A stretch of DNA of 64,000 bases from Bryobacterales bacterium. GTDB taxonomy: Bacteria; Acidobacteriota; Terriglobia; Bryobacterales; UBA6623. A program made the position numbers and the translations under genes. The DNA is taken from NCBI GenBank assembly GCA_963422375.2, contig CAXXKD010000001.1:224001-288000 (forward strand). Direction: 5' to 3'. The notes under the pieces were generated by a model. The model saw only the letters and a list, made by a program, of their open reading frames with translations, made no database searches and had not been told where the DNA came from. Positions 19,527-29,136 of the stretch are shown here, in pieces (the stretch's first letter is position 1; every line of letters begins with the position of its first letter).

Positions 19527-22500
19527 TCAGAAGATCCACTTCAAGCCGAACTGAATCCGCCTTGGCTCGGATGCCGTGGTGATCCTGCCGGCCGCAGGGC
19601 GGCCGATCGAGGTGTTCGGCCGTCCGAATGTCGGGGTGTTCGTGAAATTGAACGCTTCGAAGCGGAACTGGATGTAGTCGCCCTCCCAGGGCAGCGTGAA
19701 CCTGCGCGACAGCGAGAAGTCGATCGCAACGGTCCCCGGGCCCCAGATGAGGTTTCGCCCGGCGTTATCGAGAATGGCGGACTGGCCCGGTCCGATCGCG
19801 TCGGTGTTGAACCAGCGGTCGATTGTCCGCTGTCCCGCCGGCAGGTTGATGACGCCGATGACGTCCCCTCGGTTCGCCCCGCCGACATTGGTCGTGTCTT
19901 GATTGAACGTATGGCTGTCCGGAGTGCCGCCGAGCAGGTTGATGATGCCGCCGACCTGCCAGCCGCCAAGGATCCAAGCCCCCGGGCCCGAGTTCACCAT
20001 GTTCTTGCCGGGGCCGAACGGGAGCTCGTAAATCACGCTCGTCACGTAGGCGACCCGCCGGTCGAGCGAGGCGTTCCCGCGCTCAATCCCTTGGTTGTAG
20101 GTGAAGCGCTGCTGCGAGCTTGTGCCCGTCGTGAGGTTCTCGTTGACCACGTCGATGTTATGCGCCCACGTGAAGGAGCTCAGGAAAGTGAATCCTCCGG
20201 TGAAGCGCTTCTCGGCCTTGACCGTGAGCGAGTTGTAGTTCTGGTTGAGGAAGTTCACTCCTCGCAAGCCGACGGAATTGAAGAAGGGCCTGATCTTGCG
20301 ATCCTGCCATCGGACGGTCGGGTGCGGCGTCAGGGGCCGGTTGATATTGATTGAACCGTGGATTTGGGATGTCGACGACCCGTTGTACCCGACGGTCAGC
20401 AGGGTGTCGCCGGGCAGCTCGCGCTGGAGATCCAAGAACCACTGCGCGGCGTAGAAGCTCGGCCAGACGCCCTCCGTCTTGATGTTGACATTCAACCCAG
20501 CTCGCGGCAGCCCGGCTCTCGTGGAAGGCGGGAATCCGTTTTTCGTCAGGAATGTGCTGATGTCGCGGGGCTGCGCGTTGTCAAACTCGTTCGACTGCGG
20601 CGCCCCGGTGTTGAAGCGCGCAGCTTCTCCCCCGGTGTTGTCGTGCTCGCCGTAGAACATGCCGATTCCCGCGCGGAGCACCGTCTCGTTGTTCGCGCGG
20701 TACGCAATTCCGATCCGCGGGGCGAAGTTGTTGAGGTCGTTCTTGCAAGCGCAGTCGGAGCCGTCCGCTGGAGTCCGGAAGTGGGGTAGGTAGTCCGCCT
20801 CGCCCCAGCCTCCCTGCTTGACGGATATGCGCTCGCCCGGATCCACGGGGCGTCCGTTGACTTCGCCGAGAAAACGCACGACGGTGCTGTTGAGTGTGTG
20901 CGACTGCGGGTCGGGAAACGTGGGCGTGAAAAAGACCTCGTATCGTAGGCCGAGGTTCACTGTCACCTTCGGGGTGAGCTTCCAGTCGTCCTGCACGAAC
21001 ACGCCCCAATACGGGATGACTTGCTCCTCGCCGTTCGGCCAGCCCCACCGGCCGTTTTGGTTCCAACCGAGCAGTCCGTCCGCGAGGCCGTTTCCTGTCG
21101 CACCGCGACTCGCGGCGCTGTTGGGTTCCTCGGTCGTGTAAACCCCGGTGTACTGGAACCGGCCCCTCCGGAATCGGGAGGGGGACCGCGGAATCTGGGT
21201 GCGACGGTATTCCCCTCCGATCTTGATCGTGTGGCTGCCCCTGACCCACGTGAAGTTGTCGGAGATCATCAGATTGTCCATCTTGTTGACATTGGGCCAG
21301 AATGCGCGTGGGCCCACGGACTGAAAGCCCCCCACGAGCGAAAGCGCGTACCCGTGGTTCAAGCCGTCGTCGATCGAATCGCCGGGTGCGCCGAGGACGC
21401 CGAACTTTGCGTTCATGGGTTCCGTGAACGGGATGTCGAAGCGGGTCGGGAAGAATGTGTACCCGAAGCGCAGCTCGTTGAACATGGTCGGGCCAAGCGT
21501 CGAGTGGAGGGCCGAGGCCCAGTTCTGGCTGGGCAGGTCAATCGTCTGACCGTTTCCGCCGTTGGCGGGGAGAGGGAGGTTCCCGTTCTGGAGCACGAAC
21601 TCGTCGCGGATGGAGTAGCGAGCAAACCAGTTGTTGCTGTTGTTGACGTTCCAGTCGAACCGCATGTCGTACTGGTTGTGGTCGATAGTGTCCGCAGGCG
21701 AATGGAAGAAGTTGTTTCTGAGGTTCTCGCGGCCTGGGATGTTCGGAGCGGGGTAGTTGCTCAGCAGCGCCGACGCCACGGGGTCGAAGCGGTCGGACGG
21801 AATCCGGAAGTTTGGAAAGGCCGAGCGCACCCCGTTCTCGATCGTGAGCGGGTCGTAAATCTTGCGGTCTGGGTCAGGCTGCTCGGAGAAGTCGCCGCCC
21901 AGGGCTGCCCGGCTCGGCACCGAGGACGTGAAGCTCTGCCCGGCGCGGTCCTTGGTGCCTTGGAAGCTGAAGAACCCGAACAGCGTGTTCCGCACGATCG
22001 GCCCGCCGAAGGTGCCGCCGTACTGGTTGCGGCGCAGGGTCGGCTTGTCGGCCCCGACCCTGTTCGCAAAGAAATTCGTACCGTCAAGCTTGTCGTTGCG
22101 GAGGAACTCGTACAGGGACCCGTGGAAGTCGTTGGTTCCGGACTTGGTGCTCACGAGGACCTTGGCGCCCATGCGGTAGCCGTACTCGGCCGACATGTTG
22201 TTGGTGACGACCTTGAACTCGCCCACGGCGTCGACGGACGGCTTGGTCGCTTGCGCCTGGAATCCCAACGCACCGCCCGAGTTGCGCGACGAATTGTCCG
22301 CCCCGTCCAGCAGCACGTTGGTTTGCGCGGCGTGCATGCCCACGGCGAGGATGCCGCCCTCGCCCCCGCGCACGCCGTCGTGGCGGGTGCCCTTGCCCAT
22401 TTCGCGGGACGGCAGCACGCCGACGGAGAATTTTGCGAGCTCGAGGTAGTTCCGACCGTTCAGCGGCATCTCGAGGATGCGTTTGGAGTCGATCACTTGC

Positions 22501-22892
22501 CCGACTTCCGTCTTCTCGGACTGGATGAGGATGGCCGCGGCATTGACCTCCACTGTCTCCGTGATCGAGCCCACTGACATCGTGCAGTCGATGCGCATGG
22601 TTTGCTGCACCTCGAGGCGCACCTCGGGATACTCTTGGCTCGAGAAGCCCTCGGAGGAGCAGGTGACCGAGTACAGGCCTTGGTTCAGGCCGGGCACGGT
22701 GTAGTAGCCCACCTCGTTGGTGGACACCGAGCTCTCGACGCCCGTCTCGACGCCCACCACTAGGATCTGTGCTCCGGGTATGACCGCTCCAGTGTCGTCG
22801 GTGACCGTTCCTTGGATCGTCCCGGTCGTCTGGGCGAGCGCCGAGGTCGTCAGCAGCAGGCCCGCTGCGAGCAGGCGAAGCGAATTCTTCAC
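19527..22892 (-). CDS. TonB-dependent receptor with N-terminal carboxypeptidase-regulatory-like domain (Acidobacteria/Oar type)
   Basis: Signal peptide, 'GTVTDDTGAVIPGA', 'MPLNGRNY', 'KSGTNDFHGS', 'NNFAPRIG', C-terminal 'RRIQFGLKWIF'; GTG start 22892. Confidence 0.9.
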   Translation of the reverse strand: MKNSLRLLAAGLLLTTSALAQTTGTIQGTVTDDTGAVIPGAQILVVGVETGVESSVSTNEVGYYTVPGLNQGLYSVTCSSEGFSSQEYPEVRLEVQQTMRIDCTMSVGSITETVEVNAAAILIQSEKTEVGQVIDSKRILEMPLNGRNYLELAKFSVGVLPSREMGKGTRHDGVRGGEGGILAVGMHAAQTNVLLDGADNSSRNSGGALGFQAQATKPSVDAVGEFKVVTNNMSAEYGYRMGAKVLVSTKSGTNDFHGSLYEFLRNDKLDGTNFFANRVGADKPTLRRNQYGGTFGGPIVRNTLFGFFSFQGTKDRAGQSFTSSVPSRAALGGDFSEQPDPDRKIYDPLTIENGVRSAFPNFRIPSDRFDPVASALLSNYPAPNIPGRENLRNNFFHSPADTIDHNQYDMRFDWNVNNSNNWFARYSIRDEFVLQNGNLPLPANGGNGQTIDLPSQNWASALHSTLGPTMFNELRFGYTFFPTRFDIPFTEPMNAKFGVLGAPGDSIDDGLNHGYALSLVGGFQSVGPRAFWPNVNKMDNLMISDNFTWVRGSHTIKIGGEYRRTQIPRSPSRFRRGRFQYTGVYTTEEPNSAASRGATGNGLADGLLGWNQNGRWGWPNGEEQVIPYWGVFVQDDWKLTPKVTVNLGLRYEVFFTPTFPDPQSHTLNSTVVRFLGEVNGRPVDPGERISVKQGGWGEADYLPHFRTPADGSDCACKNDLNNFAPRIGIAYRANNETVLRAGIGMFYGEHDNTGGEAARFNTGAPQSNEFDNAQPRDISTFLTKNGFPPSTRAGLPRAGLNVNIKTEGVWPSFYAAQWFLDLQRELPGDTLLTVGYNGSSTSQIHGSININRPLTPHPTVRWQDRKIRPFFNSVGLRGVNFLNQNYNSLTVKAEKRFTGGFTFLSSFTWAHNIDVVNENLTTGTSSQQRFTYNQGIERGNASLDRRVAYVTSVIYELPFGPGKNMVNSGPGAWILGGWQVGGIINLLGGTPDSHTFNQDTTNVGGANRGDVIGVINLPAGQRTIDRWFNTDAIGPGQSAILDNAGRNLIWGPGTVAIDFSLSRRFTLPWEGDYIQFRFEAFNFTNTPTFGRPNTSIGRPAAGRITTASEPRRIQFGLKWIF

Positions 22893-23418
22893 GTGTGAAT
22901 TCCCCCTCAATCTGATGCGGGCGCGGCCCCCACGGCCCAAGTCCCCGCATGGCCCGACATTGTACCACCTCGTGTCGGGAAGCGCCTGCGCCGCCTTGGA
23001 AGCCACTCGGCGGAGAGCCCCACAGCCGGGTGCGTCGGCGCCGCGACCCGGCCGGTGTCTGGCTGGGCGTGGCGCGGCCGCGACGCAGACGGACATCCTG
23101 CTGGTCTGCTGCCGCTTGCTCCAACCGGCTTCGCAGCGCTCGACGTTGGAGTGTCCGGTACTGTCGTGGTCGGCACCCGTGACGGAATCGCCGGAAGGCT
23201 ATCGCGGGTGCTGCCAGCCTCCCACCCGGCCCGTTGCCGACCCCTGAGATAATTTCCCAAGAAGTTAGGGACTTGGTACGCTGAGCTCCGCACGACCCGG
23301 CGCGTGAGGGCGTGAAGCGACTGGGCGAGCTGCCCTCGATCGGCGGCGCCGCAGGCGCTAGCGGGGCCCCCCTCTTGGTCGGAGAATCGGACTCGGCATA
23401 GCCGAGTTGGCCGGCAAG

Positions 23419-24327
23419 CTACGGCCAGTCAGTGCCCTGTAGGCGTCGGCGAATCGGATCGTAGGGATCGCTAGGGCCCTTGGAGGGATCCACGAAGCGC
23501 GCTAGGTCGCGCATGGCGACCACTGTACAGCCTTGTTCTTTCAGGTATTCCAAGTAACGGACGAAGTCGCCAGGCTCCGTGTGAACCCAAGGGTGCTCCG
23601 CGGCCGGCACGCCGTGAAACGTCAGGACGGCGATCTTGCCGTCCCGCGCCTGCTGGATCGCCCACACAAGGTCGTCGAAAGACCATTCCGGCCCGGCATA
23701 GCCGGTTGTCGGGATGAGGAGGGGGTGATCCTCGCTCGGATCGTAGGGTCGCCCGCGGGCGCCCTGCCCGCCGTCGGGATGCTCGGGGCTCACGCCCCGC
23801 CGCGCGAAGATGTAGCTCTTCTCGGCCAGGACCTCCACCACGGGCAGGCTGTGGCGCCATCCCGGATAGACAAACGTTGTCGGCCTCGGGATTCCGTGCT
23901 CATCGCAGCGTCGCTCAATGTGCTCGATGTTCGAACGGATTTCCTCTCGCGACAGCTCGGTCATGTTCGGGTGAGAGCCCGTATGGTTGCCTACCTCGAA
24001 GCCGAGCTCGTGCAGTTGCCTAACGTCGTCCCACGATACATAGCGTTCGTTGTTCGCATCCGCTGCGTAGCCGAGTCCTTCGGTGATGTAGAAGGACGCG
24101 CCGAATCCGTACTCCAGCAGCTTTGGCGCGACGACAGAAATATCCGACTTGTTGCCATCGTCGAACGTCAGCACGACCAAGCCATCGGGAATCGGTTCCA
24201 AGGCTCCTTGCGGGGGAGCCTCGCAGGCTGCAATACCCGCCATTAGCGCCGCGACCGGAAGGGCGAGGCTCAACCGCGGCCTCGACGCCCGTCGATTGGC
24301 CGTACACGGCGTGCGCGTGACTGTCAC
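23419..24327 (-). CDS. Polysaccharide deacetylase (CE4/NodB) family, probable lipoprotein
   Basis: 'LTFDDG', 'GNHTGSH', 'FVYP', 'LTFHG'; lipobox-like 'IAAC'; start uncertain. Confidence 0.8.
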   Translation of the reverse strand: MTVTRTPCTANRRASRPRLSLALPVAALMAGIAACEAPPQGALEPIPDGLVVLTFDDGNKSDISVVAPKLLEYGFGASFYITEGLGYAADANNERYVSWDDVRQLHELGFEVGNHTGSHPNMTELSREEIRSNIEHIERRCDEHGIPRPTTFVYPGWRHSLPVVEVLAEKSYIFARRGVSPEHPDGGQGARGRPYDPSEDHPLLIPTTGYAGPEWSFDDLVWAIQQARDGKIAVLTFHGVPAAEHPWVHTEPGDFVRYLEYLKEQGCTVVAMRDLARFVDPSKGPSDPYDPIRRRLQGTDWP

Positions 24328-24470
24328 GTGGGCATTGTACTCGGAACTATGCCAGCTGCTGCCTCGCGGCGAAGAGATCACGCAAGTGTTCGACAGGGCA
24401 GTCTGAGGTCGAGGACCGCAGCACGCGGTACATGAACAGGTGAATTGCGTCTGGAAGACGAACCGCCATG

Positions 24471-24512
24471 CCAGTGCCGTCATCCAGTGCCGTCATCCAG
24501 TGCCGTCATCCA
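24471..24512. repeat. 13-bp tandem repeat (CCAGTGCCGTCAT)x3
   Basis: Three exact copies plus a partial CCA. Confidence 0.9.
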
Positions 24513-24573
24513 ATCGCCAAGCGGAGACACGGTGTTCGGAGTGATGCGCCAGTGCCTGCTCGGGCGCATGTCG

Positions 24574-26089
24574 CGGAATTATATACCTGAGTGCTGAGGG
24601 AATCAAGTCGGCAAATTATCAAGCCATAATTAGATTTCATATTTCTTCCGATTTTCCGTTGAAATTCTGTGGTGTTTCTTGGTAGAATAGTTCCAGTATG
24701 AGATACCGTAAATGAAGAAACAAGTCCCCGGAAAGTGGTTCCGTAAAGGCATCACATTGATCGAAGTGATCGCCATGTTCCCCAATGACGAATCCGCGGA
24801 AAGATGGTTCGCTGCCATGCGCTGGCCGGACGGCCCCGCGTGCCCCCACTGCCGCGGCTCCAGCGTGCAGTCCGGCGCGGCCCACCCTTCGATGCCGTAC
24901 CGTTGCCGCGGCTGCGGCAAGCGCTTTTCGGTGCGCACCGGCAGCGTGACGGCCGACACCAAGCTCGGCTACCGCACCCGGGCCGTCGCCCTGTTCCTGC
25001 CGACCACCGGCCTCAAGGGCGTCTCGAGCATGAAGCTGCACCGCGACCTAGGCGTCAGCCGCAAGTCGGCCTGGCACCTGGCGCACCGCATCCGCGCGTG
25101 CCGGGAGCGGGATCAGGGCCCGTTCGCCGGCCCGGCGGAGGTGGACGAGACCTACGTCGGCGGCAAGGAACGCAACCAGCACGAGAGCAAGAAGGCCCGT
25201 GCCGGGCGCGGGCCCGTCGGCAAGACCCCGGTGGCGGGGGCGCGGGACCGCGCCACGAACGCAGCGGCCGCGCGGCCGCTGCCGGGCACCGCCAAGGGCG
25301 ACCTGCAGGGCTTCGCGCGCGCCCGCGTCGCGCCGGGGGCGCAGGTCTGCTCCGACGAGGCGGCGGCCTGCGCCGGCATGGCGGAGTTCCCGCACGAAGC
25401 CGTCAGGCACTCCGGCGCTCCGGCGGCGAGTACGTGCGCGGGGCAGCGCATGCGAACGGCATCGAATCGTTTTGGTCTCTGTTCAAGCGCGGCCTGTACG
25501 GAACCTATCACCGGATGAGCGTCCTTCATCGCGGCCGCTACCTCACGGAGTTCGCGGGACGGCGCAACGACCGCGACTGCGACACGGCGGAACAGATACG
25601 GCGCATGGCGCGGGGCTTGGTCGGCCGGACGCTGACCTGCCGGCAGCTGACCGGCAAGGCCGCGGTCGCGGCCTGAGCGGCGCCCGCCGCGCTGAGCGCG
25701 GCAGCCCGCTGCGGGCGCGCGCTTCACGCTCGGTACGAGGGGCGCAGCGGATCCGGAATGCCCCGGTGCGACCCCGGTCCGGCCCGGACCGTCCATGCAG
25801 GCCGTCGAGCGCCGGGGATCCGCTGTCTTCGGCCCTCGCAGGGCCTGCAAGCGGCTTGCAAGGGGTGCCCTGCCACCGCCAACCGGGTTCCACCGGGGCA
25901 GGCGAGGCGGCCTCTCTAGTCCCTTCCTCGTCCAATCCGCTGGCAGGCTCGATTCAGATACGATCCCACCCCCCATCCCTCTGTGCCCGCCGCGGCCGCA
26001 CTCGAATGACCCCAGCTCGACACCCACCTCCCTGCTCACAGCAGTTCTAGTCGGACATGGCGTTGTCGGCACTCAGATATATAATTCCC
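24574..26089 (+). mobile_element. IS1595-family element 1 (defective)
   Basis: TIRs GGAATTATATACCTGAGTGC (24575-24594) and reverse-strand GGAATTATATATCTGAGTGC (26069-26088), 19/20 identical; no TSD found. Confidence 0.85.
24712..25676 (+). pseudogene. IS1595 transposase, frameshifted
   Basis: Zn ribbon 'CPHC...YRCRGC', 'EVDETYVGG', 'SDE', 'NGIESFWSLFKRG'; frameshift from the 8-bp duplication CTCCGGCG (25410-25425). Confidence 0.85.
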
Positions 26090-26096
26090 ATATATA

Positions 26097-26351
26097 GTGC
26101 CCGTGGAAAAACTCGTATCCCCTTGACAAAAAAGGCGTTAGGTCCAATCTCTCAAGGCGAAGATTTCGCTGGAATGCTACGACTAATCCGAAATCCTGGC
26201 GATTCTGGGTAGAGCGCGGAAATCTTCGCGATTGGCGTCTGAGCAACTTCCGACCTTGGGCCCTATATGTTGTGCTTGGAGATCCATCCGACATCAGGAT
26301 GTAGTATGAAATGCTGATCGGGCCAGAATTCGGGGGTTTTGTCACAAGCAC
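26097..26351. mobile_element. 255-bp non-autonomous MITE related to the ISNCY
   Basis: Ends GTGCCCGTGGAAAAAC and GTTTTGTCACAAGCAC; right end 17/18 identical to the ISNCY right end; 6-bp TSD TATATA (26091-26096, 26352-26357); no transposase. Confidence 0.8.
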
Positions 26352-26365
26352 TATATAATTCCCTT

Positions 26366-27405
26366 CCTAATTACCAACGAAAGTCAGGCGAGGATATGCT
26401 ATACTGGAGGAGGTCGGAAATCTCTGCTAGGAAAGGGGATAGCAGATGAAACGCAATCGCGTGCAATGCCAGAAGGGACTCAGCCTGGGCAAGTTCCTGC
26501 AGCGCTACGGCAGCGAGGGGCCATGCGAGCAGGCCGTCTTCAACGCCCGCTGGCCGGACGGCTTCCGCTGCCCGGAGTGCGGCGCCCGACGGCACTGCCG
26601 CATCCGCTCGCGCAAGCTCTGGCAGTGCCATGCCTGCCACCGCCGGACCTCCCTGGTCGCCGGCACGATCTTCGCCGCCACCCAGCTGCCGCTGACCGTC
26701 CGGTTGCTGGCGATCCACCTGCTGACGCAGGGCCAGCACGGCGTTTCGTCGCTGGAACTGGCGCGGCAGCTGGGGGTCAGCCGGAACACGGCTTGGAAGA
26801 TGAAGCACAAGCTCTTGCAAGTGATGAAGGAGAGCGACGAGCGCGTGCCGCTGGGCGGCATCGTGCAGGTGGACGACGCCTACTGGGGCGGGGAGCGGAC
26901 CGGCGGCAAGCGCGGGCGCGGCGCGCAAGACGCCGTTCGTCGCCGCCGTGCAGGTCGCCGCCGACGGCAAGCCGGCAAGGATGCGCATGAGCAGCGTGGC
27001 CAGTATGGCGGGCTTGCACAAGAAGACGCTGGCAGCATGGGCCGGGCGGCACTTGCAGCCCGGCACGGAGGTGCATTCCGACGGCTTGGCCTGCTTCCGG
27101 GGCGTGGCCGACGCCGGCTGCGAGCACGTGCCGACCGTCACCGCAGGCGGGCAGCGGAGCTGCGGGGATTCCCGCTTCGTCCGGGTCAATTCTTCTGGGT
27201 CAACACGATGCTGGGGAACGTCAAGCAGTCCCTGGCGGGAACCTGCCATGCGCTCGACGGCAAGCACCTGCCGCGCTACCTCGCCGAGTTCTGCTACCGC
27301 TTCAACCGCCCCTACGATCTGCAGGTGCTGGTCCCACGCCTCCGTGCGCACCCCGCCCATGCCTTACCGCCTCCTAACCTTGGCTGAGTCTTGTGGGTAA
27401 TCAGG
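26366..27405 (+). mobile_element. IS1595-family (ISXO2-like) element 2, copy A, defective
   Basis: Ends CCTAATTACC and GGTAATCAGG; homologous to 31921-32989; no TSD. Confidence 0.85.
26446..27400 (+). pseudogene. IS1595 transposase copy A, frameshifted
   Basis: 'RWPDGFRCPEC', 'QVDDAYWGG', 'HSDGL', 'WVNTMLGNVK', 'RYLAEFCYRFNR' spread over different frames; 5-bp deletion near 26925 relative to copy B. Confidence 0.85.
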
Positions 27406-27448
27406 TACGGAGTTGGACGAGGTCGGCTTGCGCGGGCGTGCCGTGCGC

Positions 27449-28405
27449 CTAGTGACTGCGGTTCGAGAGCTCGCGAAACCGATCCATGGCGAGGGACGCG
27501 TGATCGTCCATGCCCATCCGTCGATAGACTCCGGCGAGGGAGTACTGGACCGCCGCGTTGGACGGTTCAAGCCCGGCCGCGGTCTCCAGCGCCCGGGCAG
27601 CCGCCTGCAGCTCGCCCGCCTTCAGGAGCACGATTCCTAGCTCGACGTGAGCCGGGACAACGCCGCGATTGATTCGTATGGCGGCTTCCAGCGGTTCCCT
27701 TGCGGCATCGACCCTGCCGAGATCGTGCAGCAAGCTCCCAAGGTGAAAGTGCGGCCAGGCGGACCGGACCGCGCGGTCCTCGTCCAGCGAGATGGCCCGG
27801 CGAAATGCGGATTCCGCGTCCCCGTGCCTTCCGAGTCCTTCGAGGCACTGACCTAGTAGATCGTATGCCTCCACTGCGCCGGGGTCTCTCTGCAGCGCCG
27901 GCCGCAGCACGTCGACTCCCTGTTGGAACCGCTGAGTGTCGTAGTGGATGCGGGCAAGGGCGAGGGCGTACGGGCTGTTGGAGGGTTCGATCTCGACGAG
28001 TCGCTCCAGCTCGGCCCGAGCCCAGTGGCTCCGCTCGACGCGGAGCATGGCCCCCGCCAGCAAGTGCCGAGCCTCGCTGTCCAGCGGCTCGATCCGGTCG
28101 GAGCGCTTGAGGGCCCGGGCGGCTAGGAAGTGGCGCCCGGCTTGGTAGTGCGCGATGCCCAGAGCGCGAAGCTTGGCGGCATTCCCTCGGTCTTCCTTCT
28201 CCGCTCGGAAGAGGATGGTCTCGGCCGTACTCCAGTCCTTCTCTCGGATGGCTTCTTCCAACGTTGCCGCCTCGGTCTCGCCGAGGCTGAGGCCTGCCAC
28301 TTCGATCACCAGCTGGCTGCTTGCGGGGATTCCCGCAAGCAGGAGCAAGCTGCCTGCCGACAGGCCCAGCCGGGCTGCGAGGAGTCGGTGTGATTGCGAC
28401 GGCAT
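27449..28405 (-). CDS. Secreted tetratricopeptide-repeat protein
   Basis: Signal-peptide-like N-terminus; repeated TPR patterns ('LGQCLEGLGRHGDAESAFRRAI', 'HLGSLLHDLGRVDAA'). Confidence 0.8.
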   Translation of the reverse strand: MPSQSHRLLAARLGLSAGSLLLLAGIPASSQLVIEVAGLSLGETEAATLEEAIREKDWSTAETILFRAEKEDRGNAAKLRALGIAHYQAGRHFLAARALKRSDRIEPLDSEARHLLAGAMLRVERSHWARAELERLVEIEPSNSPYALALARIHYDTQRFQQGVDVLRPALQRDPGAVEAYDLLGQCLEGLGRHGDAESAFRRAISLDEDRAVRSAWPHFHLGSLLHDLGRVDAAREPLEAAIRINRGVVPAHVELGIVLLKAGELQAAARALETAAGLEPSNAAVQYSLAGVYRRMGMDDHASLAMDRFRELSNRSH

Positions 28406-28409
28406 CCGC

Positions 28410-29111
28410 CTAGCTTGTGCCGCAGCTTTCCGGGAGGGCCGGATTGATTTTCCGAAGTCCTGCGCAGGCCTCTCTAGCCCCGTCGGAATTCCCGGAGGAC
28501 TCAAGTAGTAGGATGAGCGGCTCGTAGGGGCTGACGAACCACGGGTCCGTGCGCACCGCTTCCCGAAATGCCTCGACCGCGCCTGCCGGATCGCCCAAGG
28601 CCAGCCGCAACCGCCCGATCTCGAACCACGCACACGCGAACCAAGGAGCCACACGAACAGCGGACGCTAGGTGCTGTAGCGCCAACTGCGGGTCGGTGCC
28701 CGCGCCTTCTTCGAGTGCGCGGACTGCCGAATGGAAGCTGCGCACCGCCGGCTCCGGGACCGACAGGTGCGACGCGCTCATGCTCTCACCCTGGCCCTTT
28801 CCGAGGCGGTACAGCACCAGGGCGGGAATACGGGGATCCGCTGGTAGCGCCCCGGAAGGGACCTCGGCCCGCCGGTACCCGGGCGCGGAGACGCTGAACG
28901 AGCAATCCGCCGGAACGGGGAGGTCCTTGAATTCAAACCAGCCCCCCTCCGCGAAGCTGCTCGAAGCCGACCAATCGGGCTGACAACGCAGATCCGCGCG
29001 CGACGATGCGGGGAGGGGAAGCCCGTCGTCCGTAAGAATCCGGCCTTGCAGGGAAGCTGCCTCCAACGGGCCGATGGCCAGGACCAAGGCGGCGGCGAGT
29101 CGGAGGTCCAT
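28410..29111 (-). CDS. Secreted protein, carboxypeptidase-regulatory-like N-domain plus TPR
   Basis: Signal peptide, 'LQGRILTDDG.PL', 'VSAPGY', TPR 'AWFEIGRLRLALGDPAGAVEAF'. Confidence 0.65.
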   Translation of the reverse strand: MDLRLAAALVLAIGPLEAASLQGRILTDDGLPLPASSRADLRCQPDWSASSSFAEGGWFEFKDLPVPADCSFSVSAPGYRRAEVPSGALPADPRIPALVLYRLGKGQGESMSASHLSVPEPAVRSFHSAVRALEEGAGTDPQLALQHLASAVRVAPWFACAWFEIGRLRLALGDPAGAVEAFREAVRTDPWFVSPYEPLILLLESSGNSDGAREACAGLRKINPALPESCGTS

Positions 29112-29136
29112 TTCGCCTCATCATACTGGTGAGTGA

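Noticed and set aside
24471..24512. Repeat array as a CRISPR
   Set aside because: 13-bp contiguous units with no spacers and no cas genes in the window.
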